Shown here: one piece after another, positions 43,908 through 55,171 of the stretch | Layout of the letters: each line of letters starts with the position of its first letter | Position numbering within the stretch: the stretch's first letter is position 1 | Origin: an uncultured Methanosarcinaceae archaeon | GTDB taxonomy: Archaea; Halobacteriota; Methanosarcinia; Methanosarcinales; Methanosarcinaceae | Assembly: GCA_963847185.1 (NCBI GenBank) | Contig: CAWJYV010000010.1 | Location: 1 to 64,000 of the forward strand | Length of the DNA: 64,000 bases | Reading direction: 5' to 3' | The notes under the pieces: generated by a model | Told to the model about the DNA's origin: nothing | What the model saw: the letters and a program-made list of their open reading frames with translations, nothing else | The model's database searches: none | Translations under genes and position numbers: made by a program

Positions 43908-44495
43908 GGCTCTGTAGAAATCCTTAATTGATGCAAATTATTTCTACAATTTTTTTGTTTATGTTGTACACTATTAGTTTAAATTTAATTTCCTTTACTT
44001 GATTACGTAACTTTCTTGCTCTGAGCGTTTCCCCAAACTTCATTTTCACTACCGAGAATGTTGCCTCTGCTATATTCCTTTGATTGTATCTGAATCTGTT
44101 TTTTGACTAATTCTCCATCCCAATATTACCTTCTTTTTCGTGCCTAATGATATTGAAGTTTTCAGGAAGCTTCTTCTAGCTTCCCTGTCCTGTGGGAATA
44201 ATAATAGCTTGCATAAAGAATCCTTGACAAAATAAGGTTAAACAGGAAAGAAGGAATTTTTGAAATAAACTTTTGAAGAATGGTAAAATGTGGAATTTAT
44301 CAAGACCAACTGTTTCTTTTATATCAGTCATAAGATCAATAAGTTCTACAAAGTCACGATAATCTGTGTTTATAGACTCCTTCATTAAAACAATAACAAG
44401 AAGCTGATGCTGAGTGTAAACATGTTTGGAATATTTGCAGGAATAAAGGTTTAGTCTGGAAGACTGAACAATTTCAAGGCTGGTATCAACAAATC
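43908..44495 (-). pseudogene. IS5-family transposase remnant with one intact end
   Basis: YSCKYSKHVYTQHQLL...MKESINTDYRDFVELIDLM; YNQRNIAEATFSVVKMKFGETLRARK; terminus GGCTCTGTAGAAATCC at 43908. Confidence 0.75.
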
Positions 44496-44524
44496 AAAGT
44501 TGCGCTGGCGCACCCCGCTGCAAG

Positions 44525-46242
44525 GAGGCTGTCCGACAATTACCTAAGGTAATTGAGGTTTCTGCTTTGAATATATCAATTATTATATAATATTCTACTA
44601 ATTTTTTGGTTTATGGTTTTTATTAAATCTCTAAAGAATCAAGTTTGGACTCTACCTCCAGATATCCGCGATCTTATTCCTTCAGATCATATCTGCTATT
44701 TGGTTGAGTCTTTTGTGGATGAGATAGATTTTAGTGAATTTGAAACAAGGTATGACGGTTCTGGACACCCTGCTTATCATCCTTGCATAATGTGCAAGAT
44801 CTTGATTCAATCTATGCTTGATAGAGTTCGATCATCGCGAGCAATAGCTCGCAATGTTCGAGAAAATATAGTTTACATGTATTTAGCTGAAAACCTACAA
44901 CCTGATTTTAGAACAATCAGTGATTTCAGAAAAGAGAATGAAGAATTGATTACTGCAATATTCAAAAACACAGTTAAGGCAGCCAAAGATCTAGGAGTAA
45001 TAGGTCTTGAACAATTAAGCATTGATGGATCCAAAGTAAAAGCCTCTGCGTCAAGAAAAAGTGCGGTTATGAAAAATGCCTTAGAAGTAATTGAAGAATA
45101 TGTCAAGAATGAATTAAAAAAAGGTATTGAAATAGACAAAGTTGAGGATGAGCATTTTGGAAAATGCCGTGGTTATGATCAGTTGAATGAAAGTGAAAAA
45201 CATAAAGTAAAAGCTGTAGTCGTGAAGTACATAAAGCAAGTCAATAAGGATGAATCTGGCGATAGAAAAGGGAAGATTGAAAATACGATTAAGAAAGCGC
45301 TTAATGAATTTGAAAAAGACAGTATTGATAATGTGAGCTTGACTGATCAAGAATCTCGGTTTATGATTAACAAAAAAGGAATGATTGAACTGGCATATAA
45401 TACTCAAATAACAGTCGATCATAAACTAGGAATTATAGTTGCAAACGATGTATGTCAAGACAGAAACGACATGTATCAATTGAAGCCTCAAATTGAAATG
45501 GTGGAAGAAAATTGTGGTTTATTAAAAGTAGGCACTAAACTATCTGCAGACACTGGATACTATAGCGGAAACAACATACATTATTTGAACTGTAAAAGAT
45601 TGGATCCATATATTCCAGAGCAAGAAGTAATTAAAACAATAACAGGAAACGTCGAAGATGTAAGGTTCGATATTAGTAAGTTTGAATATGATGAAGAAAA
45701 TGATGAGTTTATATGCCCTGAAAAGCAAAGCTTGAAGTTTTTGCATGAGGGTTATGAGAAAGAAAGGGAGAGAAAATACAGACTTTACAAGGGAACTGAA
45801 TGTAAAAAGTGTAAATTCAGCAAAAATTGTACAAAAAGAAAAGATGGAATTAGGCATTTAAAAATAGCAGAGTTTTCAAAAGAAAGAAAGCAATTAGCCG
45901 AAAAAATGAAAACTGAAGAAGCAAAAAAAATATTCAGACAAAGGCAGCAGGTAGTAGAACCTGCAATTGGAAACTATAAAGAGAATCTTGGGTTTAGAGA
46001 ATTTCTCACAAGGGGAATAAGATCAGTCAGAAATGAATTTAATTTAGTATGTACAGCAGTTAACTTAAAGAAAATATGGATTTACTTAAATAAAAACGAG
46101 ATATTAAAAAGAGAAATGGAATAAATGGAACTTTTCACTTTAAACTTGAGTAATAAGAATAGAAAACAAATCTCAGAAAAAAGTTCCAATTTACCAGCAT
46201 GCGATATTATTTCATTACTATCAGTAATTGTCGGACAGCCTC
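44525..46242 (+). mobile_element. IS1182-family element, intact
   Basis: Perfect 19-bp IRs GAGGCTGTCCGACAATTAC / GTAATTGTCGGACAGCCTC; 4-bp TSD CAAG; single transposase ORF. Confidence 0.93.
44613..46124 (+). CDS. IS1182-family transposase
   Basis: PAYHP, SSRAI, PDFRTISDFR, IDGSKVKA.AS, SLTD.ESR.M, AYNTQ, ADTGY, FICP, R...VEPAIG..K. Confidence 0.93.
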   Translation: MVFIKSLKNQVWTLPPDIRDLIPSDHICYLVESFVDEIDFSEFETRYDGSGHPAYHPCIMCKILIQSMLDRVRSSRAIARNVRENIVYMYLAENLQPDFRTISDFRKENEELITAIFKNTVKAAKDLGVIGLEQLSIDGSKVKASASRKSAVMKNALEVIEEYVKNELKKGIEIDKVEDEHFGKCRGYDQLNESEKHKVKAVVVKYIKQVNKDESGDRKGKIENTIKKALNEFEKDSIDNVSLTDQESRFMINKKGMIELAYNTQITVDHKLGIIVANDVCQDRNDMYQLKPQIEMVEENCGLLKVGTKLSADTGYYSGNNIHYLNCKRLDPYIPEQEVIKTITGNVEDVRFDISKFEYDEENDEFICPEKQSLKFLHEGYEKERERKYRLYKGTECKKCKFSKNCTKRKDGIRHLKIAEFSKERKQLAEKMKTEEAKKIFRQRQQVVEPAIGNYKENLGFREFLTRGIRSVRNEFNLVCTAVNLKKIWIYLNKNEILKREME

Positions 46243-46535
46243 CAAGCTAGCAGGGTATTCGACTGAAATGAAAATAGCATTATCCATGATATCCATTCTA
46301 AGACCATAAAAAAGGATGTAACAATTAGAAAAAGTAAAAAAGGCAATTAATTATTATAGATTCCACTTAAGTTAGCACTATAGTTATTAAAATAGACAAC
46401 TATTTTTCAAATAGCTGAAACTCCTGCAAACATAATACAGCTTTGATGGGCGATCTGGCAAACCGGAGATTCGGAATTTGAGAAACTGAATTAAGCAAAA
46501 TTTACGAGAAGTAGTTAGTATAAAATTAGAAAAAG

Positions 46536-47398
46536 GGCTCTGTAGAAAACTTATCAAATTCAACTGCAAGAGGCTGAAATTAAATCAATAAAAGGCATTG
46601 TTAACTAAATATAGTTAACTCATTATTTCTGTATTTCATTAAGAGAAGAACTGAGTACTTTAGCATTTCAAGACTCTTAGTATAACACTTTGTCTTTCTC
46701 CTCAATCTTGCCAGAAAGTGCCTAAATATGCTGTTATATCCTTCAACAGTATACGTTTCTGCTTTGGATTGAGTATGAATTTTATCTGGGACGAACTCTG
46801 CATATGCCCTCCAGTGATCAGTCATCACTTTTTCAATCTTTTTTTCCTTTAATTTTTCCCAGAGTTTTTGTCCAGTTTCTGTTCCTCTGCTGCCAAAAGA
46901 GCAATTGATGAACTTTTTCCCAAATCTATCAACAGCAATCCAGATCCAGCAATATTTTTTTTGTTACTGATGTAAGTGTGCATCTCATCCATTTCAACAA
47001 TAGATATCTCATTTTCGCTTTTTAGTTCCTCTAACTCCTGACCAAATTTCTTTATCCATTTTTGGACAGAAACATGACTTACTCCCAAAAAACGCCCTAT
47101 TGACCGAAACCCTAATCCTTCAAGATAAAGTTGTAAAGCCTGTCTCTTAACAGATGCGGAACTAGCAGTGGATTTTAGCTCTACTGAATAATTATATCCA
47201 CAATCAGAGCATTTGTAGCGTTGACGGCCATCAACTTTACCATTCTTTTTATGATCGAGACTCTTACATCTTGGGCAGTTCATAAAGAGATATACGTTCT
47301 CATAATATATATCAGTATTTAGATACCAATAAAAGTGTATCAGGTTATTCAGTTAAAATTAATAGGAATTCATTGTTTCAGAGGATTTCTACAGAGCC
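46536..47398. mobile_element. ~122-bp MITE (GGCTCTGTAGAAA ends) carrying a nested IS1 insertion
   Basis: IR GGCTCTGTAGAAA / TTTCTACAGAGCC; once the IS1 is removed it aligns with the reverse copy at 61473-61593. Confidence 0.85.
46594..47327 (-). mobile_element. IS1-family element, second copy (close to 1879-2618), with shortened right terminus
   Basis: ORFs 46849-47283 and 46601-46828 are nearly identical to the first copy; TSD (C)AATAAAA; the terminal AATGCC is missing. Confidence 0.92.
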
Positions 47399-47498
47399 GT
47401 TATTTGTTTCTAATTTAAGGATCTTTTTTAAGTTCTTTGCTCGATGTACCACTTACTCTTTTTATTAAAGATCCTTCCAATAAAATTCCTTCTCAATT

Positions 47499-47626
47499 AG
47501 CTGATCCCAAAACTCAAACTTGCTTTTCTAGGTCTCTTATTCTAAATAATCAATCTGGTTTCTGATCGTGAAAAATAATTCTAAAACTTTCTAATTTGAG
47601 TATAAAATTGGTTTTGGGATGAGTTC
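47499..47626 (-). mobile_element. ~130-bp MITE (GAGCTCATCCCAAAA family)
   Basis: AGCTGATCCCAAAAC / GTTTTGGGATGAGTTC; flanked by AATT on both sides. Confidence 0.8.
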
Positions 47627-47874
47627 AATTATTATATTTTTATCAGTTTTTAAATAAATTTAAATAGTTGTGCGCTGATTACATTGAATGGGAATTGATA
47701 CTGTCCCCGTATAAACATCATCTATCTTCTTAACAAACGTTAATTTTCTCGATGCATATCAGTGAAACTGACAGACAAGTCTTAAAAAAATATCCAAGTT
47801 TATTAGTTTAATGGATATGAATCCGGAAAGTCACAATGATTCCTAGACTGAATATAATGAGTAAAGAAAACATT

Positions 47875-48035
47875 TAGAAAAAGTTATGGTTTTGAAGAGA
47901 AAAACCAGGATGCTTCAAAGCCTGATAGGGATCCCCAGAAAAGGATAGATATTGCAAAGCTGAATAGCTTCGGATCGAAAGCTAAAATTTCATTCAAAAA
48001 AATGGAATTAAAGAAATTTACGAACTATATCGAAT
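47875..48035 (+). pseudogene. C-terminal remnant of a GDP-L-fucose synthase-like SDR
   Basis: Broken reading of DASKPD..PRK..DIAKLNSFG.KAKIS..GIKEIYELY. Confidence 0.5.
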
Positions 48036-48055
48036 AAAATAAATCTGGTATAAAT

Positions 48056-49018
48056 ATGAAAGCATTAGTCACTGGCTGTGCGGGGTTTATTGGAAGCAAT
48101 CTAACAGACAGATTACTTGATCTTGGTTATGAAGTGATCGGTATCGACTGTTTTACTGATTATTATCCAAGAGTCATCAAAGAGGCAAACCTTTCAAATG
48201 CTTTCAAGAATTCTAATTTTGAATTTAGAGAGAAAGACATACTAAACATTAATAAATTTCCAGAAGTTGATTACGTATTTCATCTGGCGGCTCAGGCAGG
48301 AGTGAGAGCTTCGTGGGGTCAAAGCTTTGAGATTTATACCAGAAATAATATTGAAGCGACCCAGAAGCTTCTTGAATACTACAAAGATACAGACATCAAA
48401 AAATTTGTTTATTCTTCATCTTCCTCTGTTTATGGTGATGCAAAACTCCCAATGAAAGAAGATAGCTTATTAAAACCTATTTCGCCTTACGGAGCAAGTA
48501 AACTGGCTGCAGAACATCTGTGTTATCTTTACTGGAAAAATTATGGTGTTCCAACTATTTCGTTAAGATATTTTACTGTTTATGGTCCAAGGCAGAGGCC
48601 GGATATGGCTATTCATAAATTTATTAAGTCTATTTTGAATGACGAATTGATTGCTATTTTTGGGGACGGTGAACAAACCAGAGATTTTACTTTTATTCAG
48701 GATGTCGTAAACGCAGATATTCTGGCAGCAGGAAGCAAAATGAAAGGCGAGATATTTAATGTAGGCGGTGGAAATCGAATTACAGTAAACGATCTAATTA
48801 GAAAAATTGAAAATATAACAGGAAAACACGCTAAAATAAATTATTTTTGGAAACAAAAAGGGGACGTTGAAGATACCTGGGCCGACACTAGTAAAGTGCA
48901 ACAGATACTTGGGTGGAGCGCAGAAACAGGAATCTCCGAAGTGCTTAAAAAGTACATTGATTGGGCAATTGAACAGAGTAAAATAACAGCAAAAGAAAAA
49001 AAGACGTGTGTTTTATGA
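48056..49018 (+). CDS. NAD-dependent nucleotide-sugar epimerase (UDP-glucuronate/UDP-glucose 4-epimerase-like)
   Basis: VTGCAGFIGS, HLAAQAGVRAS, SSSSVYG, YGASK, LRYFTVYGPRQRPDMA. Confidence 0.9.
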   Translation: MKALVTGCAGFIGSNLTDRLLDLGYEVIGIDCFTDYYPRVIKEANLSNAFKNSNFEFREKDILNINKFPEVDYVFHLAAQAGVRASWGQSFEIYTRNNIEATQKLLEYYKDTDIKKFVYSSSSSVYGDAKLPMKEDSLLKPISPYGASKLAAEHLCYLYWKNYGVPTISLRYFTVYGPRQRPDMAIHKFIKSILNDELIAIFGDGEQTRDFTFIQDVVNADILAAGSKMKGEIFNVGGGNRITVNDLIRKIENITGKHAKINYFWKQKGDVEDTWADTSKVQQILGWSAETGISEVLKKYIDWAIEQSKITAKEKKTCVL

Positions 49019-49851
49019 CTGAACATGTAACTAACTACAAAATTACAATTAGCCCTAAATACGGCCTTCTGGATATTAACTGGCAGGAACTTAAGGAGTA
49101 TAGGGAGCTCCTTTTCTTCCTTGCACTGAGAGAAATAAAGGTTAGATACAAGCAGACACTTATGGGGGCATCATGGACTGTACTACAACCTTTCTTTTCA
49201 ATGGTAATATTTACCCTTATTTTCGGAAGGCTTGCACAGATGCCCTCAGAGGGAATTCCCTACCCGTTATTCTCCTATTCAGGCCTTTTAATCTGGACAT
49301 ATTTTTCAAATGCGCTTTCCCAATCCAGTAACAGCCTTATTGGAAATGTAAATCTTCTTTCAAAAGTCTATATGCCAAGGATATTCATACCGACAGCTCC
49401 CTGCCTTGCAGGTATTATTGATTATGGAATCGCTTTGAGTATTCTTGTGGTGATGATGGTCTATTACAGATTTGTACCGAATACTACAATATTCCTCTTG
49501 CCTGTAGTAATGGTACTGACATTCCTGCTTGCTTCAGGTATGGGATACTGGCTTTCGTCTGTGTGTGTGAAGTTCCGGGATGTAAAGTTCATTCTTCCTT
49601 TTTTCATCCAGATGCTTATGTTTATATCCCCAGTTATTTACCCTACAGATATTATAAGCGAGAAGTTTCAATGGTTTCTCTACTTAAATCCGTTAACAGG
49701 TATAATAGATGCTCATCGTGCATGCATACTCGGATATACTACAGTAGACTTTACTGGTCTTTCCATCTCAGCAGTGATGACTATTTTAATTTTTTTGAGT
49801 GGGATTCTCTACCTCAAGCATACAGAGAAGTACTTTGCGGATTTGATTTAA
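49015..49851 (+). CDS. wzm: Polysaccharide ABC transporter permease (Wzm-like)
   Basis: REIKVRYKQT..G..W.VLQP, NLLSKVYMPR, FRDV, SPVIYP, LNPL. Confidence 0.9.
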   Translation: MTEHVTNYKITISPKYGLLDINWQELKEYRELLFFLALREIKVRYKQTLMGASWTVLQPFFSMVIFTLIFGRLAQMPSEGIPYPLFSYSGLLIWTYFSNALSQSSNSLIGNVNLLSKVYMPRIFIPTAPCLAGIIDYGIALSILVVMMVYYRFVPNTTIFLLPVVMVLTFLLASGMGYWLSSVCVKFRDVKFILPFFIQMLMFISPVIYPTDIISEKFQWFLYLNPLTGIIDAHRACILGYTTVDFTGLSISAVMTILIFLSGILYLKHTEKYFADLI

Positions 49852-51048
49852 ATGAGAGTTTCAAAGATAAATGATCCGATAATCGAAGTGAATCATCTCT
49901 CCAAACAATACAGTATCGGGATAGACAAGAATTACAAGACCCTATCTGAGAGCTTTACTTCTGCCATAAGGAGCCCCGTAAAGACGATAAAGAACTTTTA
50001 CAGTCAAAAAGATTCATTCTGGGCTCTCAGGGATGTGAATTTCGAGGTTGAGCAAGGAGAAGTCCTTGGGATCATTGGTAGAAATGGTGCAGGAAAAAGC
50101 ACTCTCCTTAAGATTCTCTCACGTATTACTTACCCGACAGAAGGGGAGATAAGGATGTATGGACGTGTAGGTAGTCTTCTTGAAGTAGGGACAGGATTTC
50201 ATCCAGAGCTTTCCGGCAGAGAGAATATTTACTTCAATGGTGCCATCCTTGGGATGAAAAAGAGGGAGATTGACGATAATTTTGATGAGATTGTGAAGTT
50301 TTCCGGTGTAGAGAAATTCCTAGATACACCTGTTAAACGGTATTCAAGTGGAATGCAGGTTCGGCTTGCATTCTCGGTTGCTGCTCACTTGGACCCTGAA
50401 ATCTTAGTAGTGGATGAAGTTTTGGCTGTTGGAGACGCGGAGTTTCAGAAAAAATGTCTTGGAAAGATGAAAAATGTATCCGAGGATGGTAGAACTGTTC
50501 TATTTGTGAGCCATAATATGGGAGCAATTAGCAGTTTATGTGATCTTGGAATATTACTTGATAACGGAGAAGTTCGGGATATAGGCCCCATAGAAGAAGT
50601 AATACAACATTATATTACAGAAGGAGCTTCCAATAAGAAGGAGTTTAATAATGGTATTTTAAAAAGTGCTCAAATACAGCAGTCTGGAAATAATATTGAA
50701 CTAAATATAGAATATGACCTCAAAGGAAAATCATACTCGCCTTTTCTAGGATTTGTTATTAACGATAGTTTTGGAAATCATGTATGTGGATTAAATCCAT
50801 CTACTGATAAAGTAAAACACAATGTAACTCCAAGAAAAAGTGGAAAAGTAAAAGTTATCTTAAAGTCTCCAAAGTTACTGAATGGTACCTATAGTACTTC
50901 ATTATGGTTTGGAGATGGAATAACGGATTACTTCCGTGAACTTGATTGCCTAACTTTTGAAGTGATTGATTTGGTAAAACAACTGAAAAAATCTAATAAC
51001 TCATCAGTTGGCAGTGTATTTCCAGATTGTGAGTGGATTTATGAATGA
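49852..51048 (+). CDS. wzt: Polysaccharide ABC transporter ATPase with C-terminal Wzt domain
   Basis: GRNGAGKST, TPVKRYSSGM, DEVLAVGD, VSH; ~140-aa C-terminal extension. Confidence 0.9.
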   Translation: MRVSKINDPIIEVNHLSKQYSIGIDKNYKTLSESFTSAIRSPVKTIKNFYSQKDSFWALRDVNFEVEQGEVLGIIGRNGAGKSTLLKILSRITYPTEGEIRMYGRVGSLLEVGTGFHPELSGRENIYFNGAILGMKKREIDDNFDEIVKFSGVEKFLDTPVKRYSSGMQVRLAFSVAAHLDPEILVVDEVLAVGDAEFQKKCLGKMKNVSEDGRTVLFVSHNMGAISSLCDLGILLDNGEVRDIGPIEEVIQHYITEGASNKKEFNNGILKSAQIQQSGNNIELNIEYDLKGKSYSPFLGFVINDSFGNHVCGLNPSTDKVKHNVTPRKSGKVKVILKSPKLLNGTYSTSLWFGDGITDYFRELDCLTFEVIDLVKQLKKSNNSSVGSVFPDCEWIYE

Positions 51049-51405
51049 AATATAGATTAATATTATCGACTAGCAGAAAACTATGAAATTTTTTCTATTT
51101 TTGTAACCTCCCAGTTTCCTACTTTATTAAAGAAAGTAATTAATCTTGCTTTCTCCAACTTTAATAGTTACGAACATAAAATAATTCATTAGAGTGACAG
51201 TTTAGTTAAAATGTCCTAATATAACTTGATATAAAAACTGAATTCCAGTCTCAAAATCAATAAGCAGAAAAGAGTTACAAGTGCGTGTTAAGAAAGTACA
51301 CCTATCCAATTTCTATATCATTGATCTTAAAATCATAGAAATTTGTATACATCCAGTAATATTAAGTTAAACGAGAAATCAATTATTTTTTAATAGAGGA
51401 ATATA

Positions 51406-52349
51406 ATGGTATTAATTTCTGTAGTTGTTTGCACTTATAACCGATGCGATCTTCTCGAACAAGTCATGAAAACGTTAGTAATACAAACTTTATCAAGAGA
51501 TCAGTTCGAAATTATAGTAGTAGATAACAATTCTAAAGATGGTACCTCAAAAGTTACCGATCTTTTTATAGTAAATAATCCAGAAACTAATATCAGATAT
51601 GCTCTTGAAACCAAACAGGGTCTATCCCACGCTCGCAATCGTGGCTGGAAAGAAGCAAAAGGCGAATATGTTTCATATATTGATGATGACTGCAAAGCAC
51701 CTGGACAATGGCTAGAGGTAGCTAAGCAGATCATTGACCAGCATTTCCCGACTATTTTTGGAGGACCTTATTATGCATTTTATAGTTCGCCAAAGCCGAA
51801 TTGGTTCAAAGACAGTTATGGTTCTCACACATTAGGTGATCAAGCGCATCCTATGGGACTTGATGAGTTTGTAAGTGGTGGAAACATTTTTTTCCAAAAA
51901 TCCTTGCTTCAGAAAATTGGAGGTTTTGATCCCAACCTGGGATGGTGGGAGATAAAATCGCATATGGAGAGGAAACTGCATTACAAATTTATTTAAGAGA
52001 GTCAATGCCTACAGAATTAATATATTATGATCCAGATCTGTATGTGTATCATCTGGTAAGACCAGAAAAAATGTCATTAAAGTGGAGTCTCTGTCAACAT
52101 TTTTCACTCGGACGTCATTCGTTTTTGATTTTCGAAAATCGTAAAAATGGAATCGCGGATACATATAAAATATTTTTGCATTTTATGCTCATACTAATTA
52201 CAATAAATTATAACCTAATAAAGACCCCATTTAGAGATAGAAAACAATATCCATATTTTGAGAACTATCTATATGAAAGGATATTCATCCACATTTCAAG
52301 GTTCGGAGGGTTGTATGAACAATTAATTCAAATCAAATCCAATTTTTAA
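51406..52349 (+). pseudogene. GT2 paralog of 41907-42839, split by a 1-nt frameshift at ~51940
   Basis: Two ORFs together reproduce the paralog; CTGGGATGG needs one more G for LGMVG. Confidence 0.85.
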
Positions 52350-54031
52350 GGAAGGATATAAAAATGAAAAATTTAGACATCCTAAAGGCACATGGAATAA
52401 TACTTGTCAAGGGGAGAATTCATCTAAATTACCTTAAAGGTTCTGTCTTTTGCATAAAATCATCGTTGTAGAAAAAATCATTAAACAGGCATCGAAGTAA
52501 GCAAGGAGCAAAATTAGTGATTAGTTATGATAAGTAAATCTCCAATAGTTATGTTTGTTTATAACAGATTGCGGCACACTCAACAAACCATTGAAGCATT
52601 GCAAAAAAACGAGCTTGCAAGCGACAGCGAATTATTTATATTCTCAGATGGACCAAAAAGCAACGATGAAAAAGAAAAAGTAGAAATTGTTCGAAAATAT
52701 CTAAAAAAGATAGATGGATTTAGAGAAATTACTATTATACAGAGGAAAAATAACTTAGGATTAGCAAAGTCCATTATCACAGGCGTCACAGAAGTAATAA
52801 ACAAATATGGTAAAATAATAGTCTTGGAAGATGATTTAGTAACCTCACCTTATTTTTAACATATATGAATGAAGCTTTGGAGGTTTATAAAAAAATAGAT
52901 AAAGCATATAGCATCACAGGATATAATCTCCCACCGTCTTCATTAAAAATTCCTATAAACTATAAAAACGACGTATATTTTAATCCCAGACCAATGTCCT
53001 GGAGCTGGGCGACATGGAAAGATAGATGGGATAAAGTTGATCGGGAAGTTTGTGATTATGACAATTTTTTAAAGAACAAAAAAGCACAAAAAGAATTCAA
53101 TAAAGCTGGTGGAAATGATTTAACTGATATGCTTATCCGTCAAATGGACGGAAAGATTGACTCTTGGTATATAATATGGTGCTTTACCCACTATCGAAAC
53201 AGTGCACTTTGTGTTTACCCAACTAAGTCCATGATTTTAAATATTGGTCATGATGCCTCAGGTGTTCATTGTGGGATTGACCAAAATGGATTATACACTC
53301 ACAGTAAATTAGAAGAAATTAATAAAATTGATTTTACTTCAGTAATAAAGATTGATAAAAGAATTATGAAACAATTTATAAAAGCATTTCCTGGTCCAAA
53401 TCATTCAAAATTAAGATATATCAATCCAACGTTATACTTAAAAATGTTAAAAATAACTCTAAAAAATCCAGAATGTGTTACGAGGCATACAATTAATTTT
53501 TTTTCTAAAGAGTGCGAGTTACTTATTAATTATCATCAAAAATATCAGGTTCAAAAATTAAAATCACGTTATCCTAATTCTATTGTTGGTTCAAATGTCT
53601 CAATAACTCCTGATTGTAAACTTGGGAACCATACTGTAATTCATTCAAATGTCCATCTTTCTAATGTAGTTATTGGAGATTATACATATGTTAACTCCAA
53701 TCTCAATAATGTTACAATAGGAAAATTTTGTTCAATAGGGCCTTATTGTAGTATTGGTGTTGGTAAACATCCATCCAAAAAATTTGTGTCTACTTTTCCT
53801 GCATTTTTTTCAAAAAATAACCTAGGTTGCAAAATTTCATTTGTAGAAAATAACCTATTTGAAGAATTCGATAGAATTGAAATAGGTAATGATGTTTGGA
53901 TTGGTACAGATTCAATAATATTAGATGGAGTTAAAATTGGAAACGGCGCCATAGTTGGAGCCGGAGCTGTTGTAACCAAAAATGTTGATGACTATGCTAT
54001 TGTGGGTGGTATACCAGCTAAATTAATAAGA

Positions 54032-55171
54032 TAGGACTTACGCATTTGCCTGCTTTGCAGGCAACTTTTTAATTTTTTCGATATTTAGGTTAAGGTATAG
54101 ATTGGCTTTTTTAAAAATTGACTAACAGCATTTCTTGTAATGTTCCACTTTGTTTCAAACCATGTAACTCCTGTTTTTATCCTTTGAATTTCAAATCTTA
54201 GAAATGCTCTTATTGCCATCATAATATGTGCTCTCTGCACATTGTTTCTTCTTGCCTGACAGCGTTCTACTCCACAAAACTGTTTTATTCCCCTATGATA
54301 CTCTTCAATTTTCCAGGCTTTTTTCCCTAACTCTTTCCTTTTTTCTTCTTTCATATCCAGTACATCTGTAGCCCAGTATTGCGCGTCTCCGTCCTTGGAA
54401 ACTATCCAAAATACCTTAATAAAGCCATATTCTTTCAGATGAACTGTCATTCCTTCTGGTGGAATAGTTAACAATTCAATTGCTACATTACCAGTCTTAT
54501 CAGGGTTAACTAACCGGTTTTTCTTCAACCTTGTTAACCAGTGCCATCCTTTTTTCCTGATGTCTTTGAGATTCTTTATGCTTGAATACCATGTATCAAA
54601 AAGAACAAATTCTGGTCTAAAACCACGTTCTTCTGCCTTATTTAGCATGTCAAGGAAGTGATCATTTTTTGTTTTTCCGTCAGTATCTATATCGTAAATT
54701 CTAAAGTCAACAGGAATTATAGCATCATTATATGTCCAGACAACGGTTTCAAGATTGATTCCATTTACAATCTGATGATGTTTACCACTCCATTGCCTGT
54801 AAACAAGATCGATGTGTTTGGAATAAGGTTTATCGAGAACAGTATCATCGATAATAAGAAAGCCAGTTTCAGGAATGACAAAAGTCTTGACTTCGTCCCA
54901 TAAAGCCTCCGTTTCCGGAGGCTGCCTTAGAAGAAGACGAGAAAAAGAGTCATGAGATGGACTATTAGAGTCTATAAAACTGCACTTAGAAGCTTCAGTA
55001 CAGCTGAAGACGCGAGAAGAAGCAATGAGAAAGTTGATATAATCAAGTTCAGTGCATTTAGCAGGATTTATTTAATTCAACTCAAAGATTTTTTTGATTA
55101 TATTGCATATATTATATTAAAAGATGTATTTTAATATGATTTACAAAAGTGCTTCAACCGCGTAAGTCCTA
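54032..55171 (-). mobile_element. IS701-family element
   Basis: IRs TAGGACTTACG / CGTAAGTCCTA; 5-bp TSD TAAGA. Confidence 0.9.
54085..55071 (-). CDS. IS701-family transposase (328 codons, frame begins at ATA)
   Basis: Uninterrupted frame INPAKCTELDYINFL...IIDDTVLDKPY...FDTWY...WKIEEYHRGIKQ; the first codon after an in-frame TAA is ATA. Confidence 0.82.
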   Translation of the reverse strand: MNPAKCTELDYINFLIASSRVFSCTEASKCSFIDSNSPSHDSFSRLLLRQPPETEALWDEVKTFVIPETGFLIIDDTVLDKPYSKHIDLVYRQWSGKHHQIVNGINLETVVWTYNDAIIPVDFRIYDIDTDGKTKNDHFLDMLNKAEERGFRPEFVLFDTWYSSIKNLKDIRKKGWHWLTRLKKNRLVNPDKTGNVAIELLTIPPEGMTVHLKEYGFIKVFWIVSKDGDAQYWATDVLDMKEEKRKELGKKAWKIEEYHRGIKQFCGVERCQARRNNVQRAHIMMAIRAFLRFEIQRIKTGVTWFETKWNITRNAVSQFLKKPIYTLT

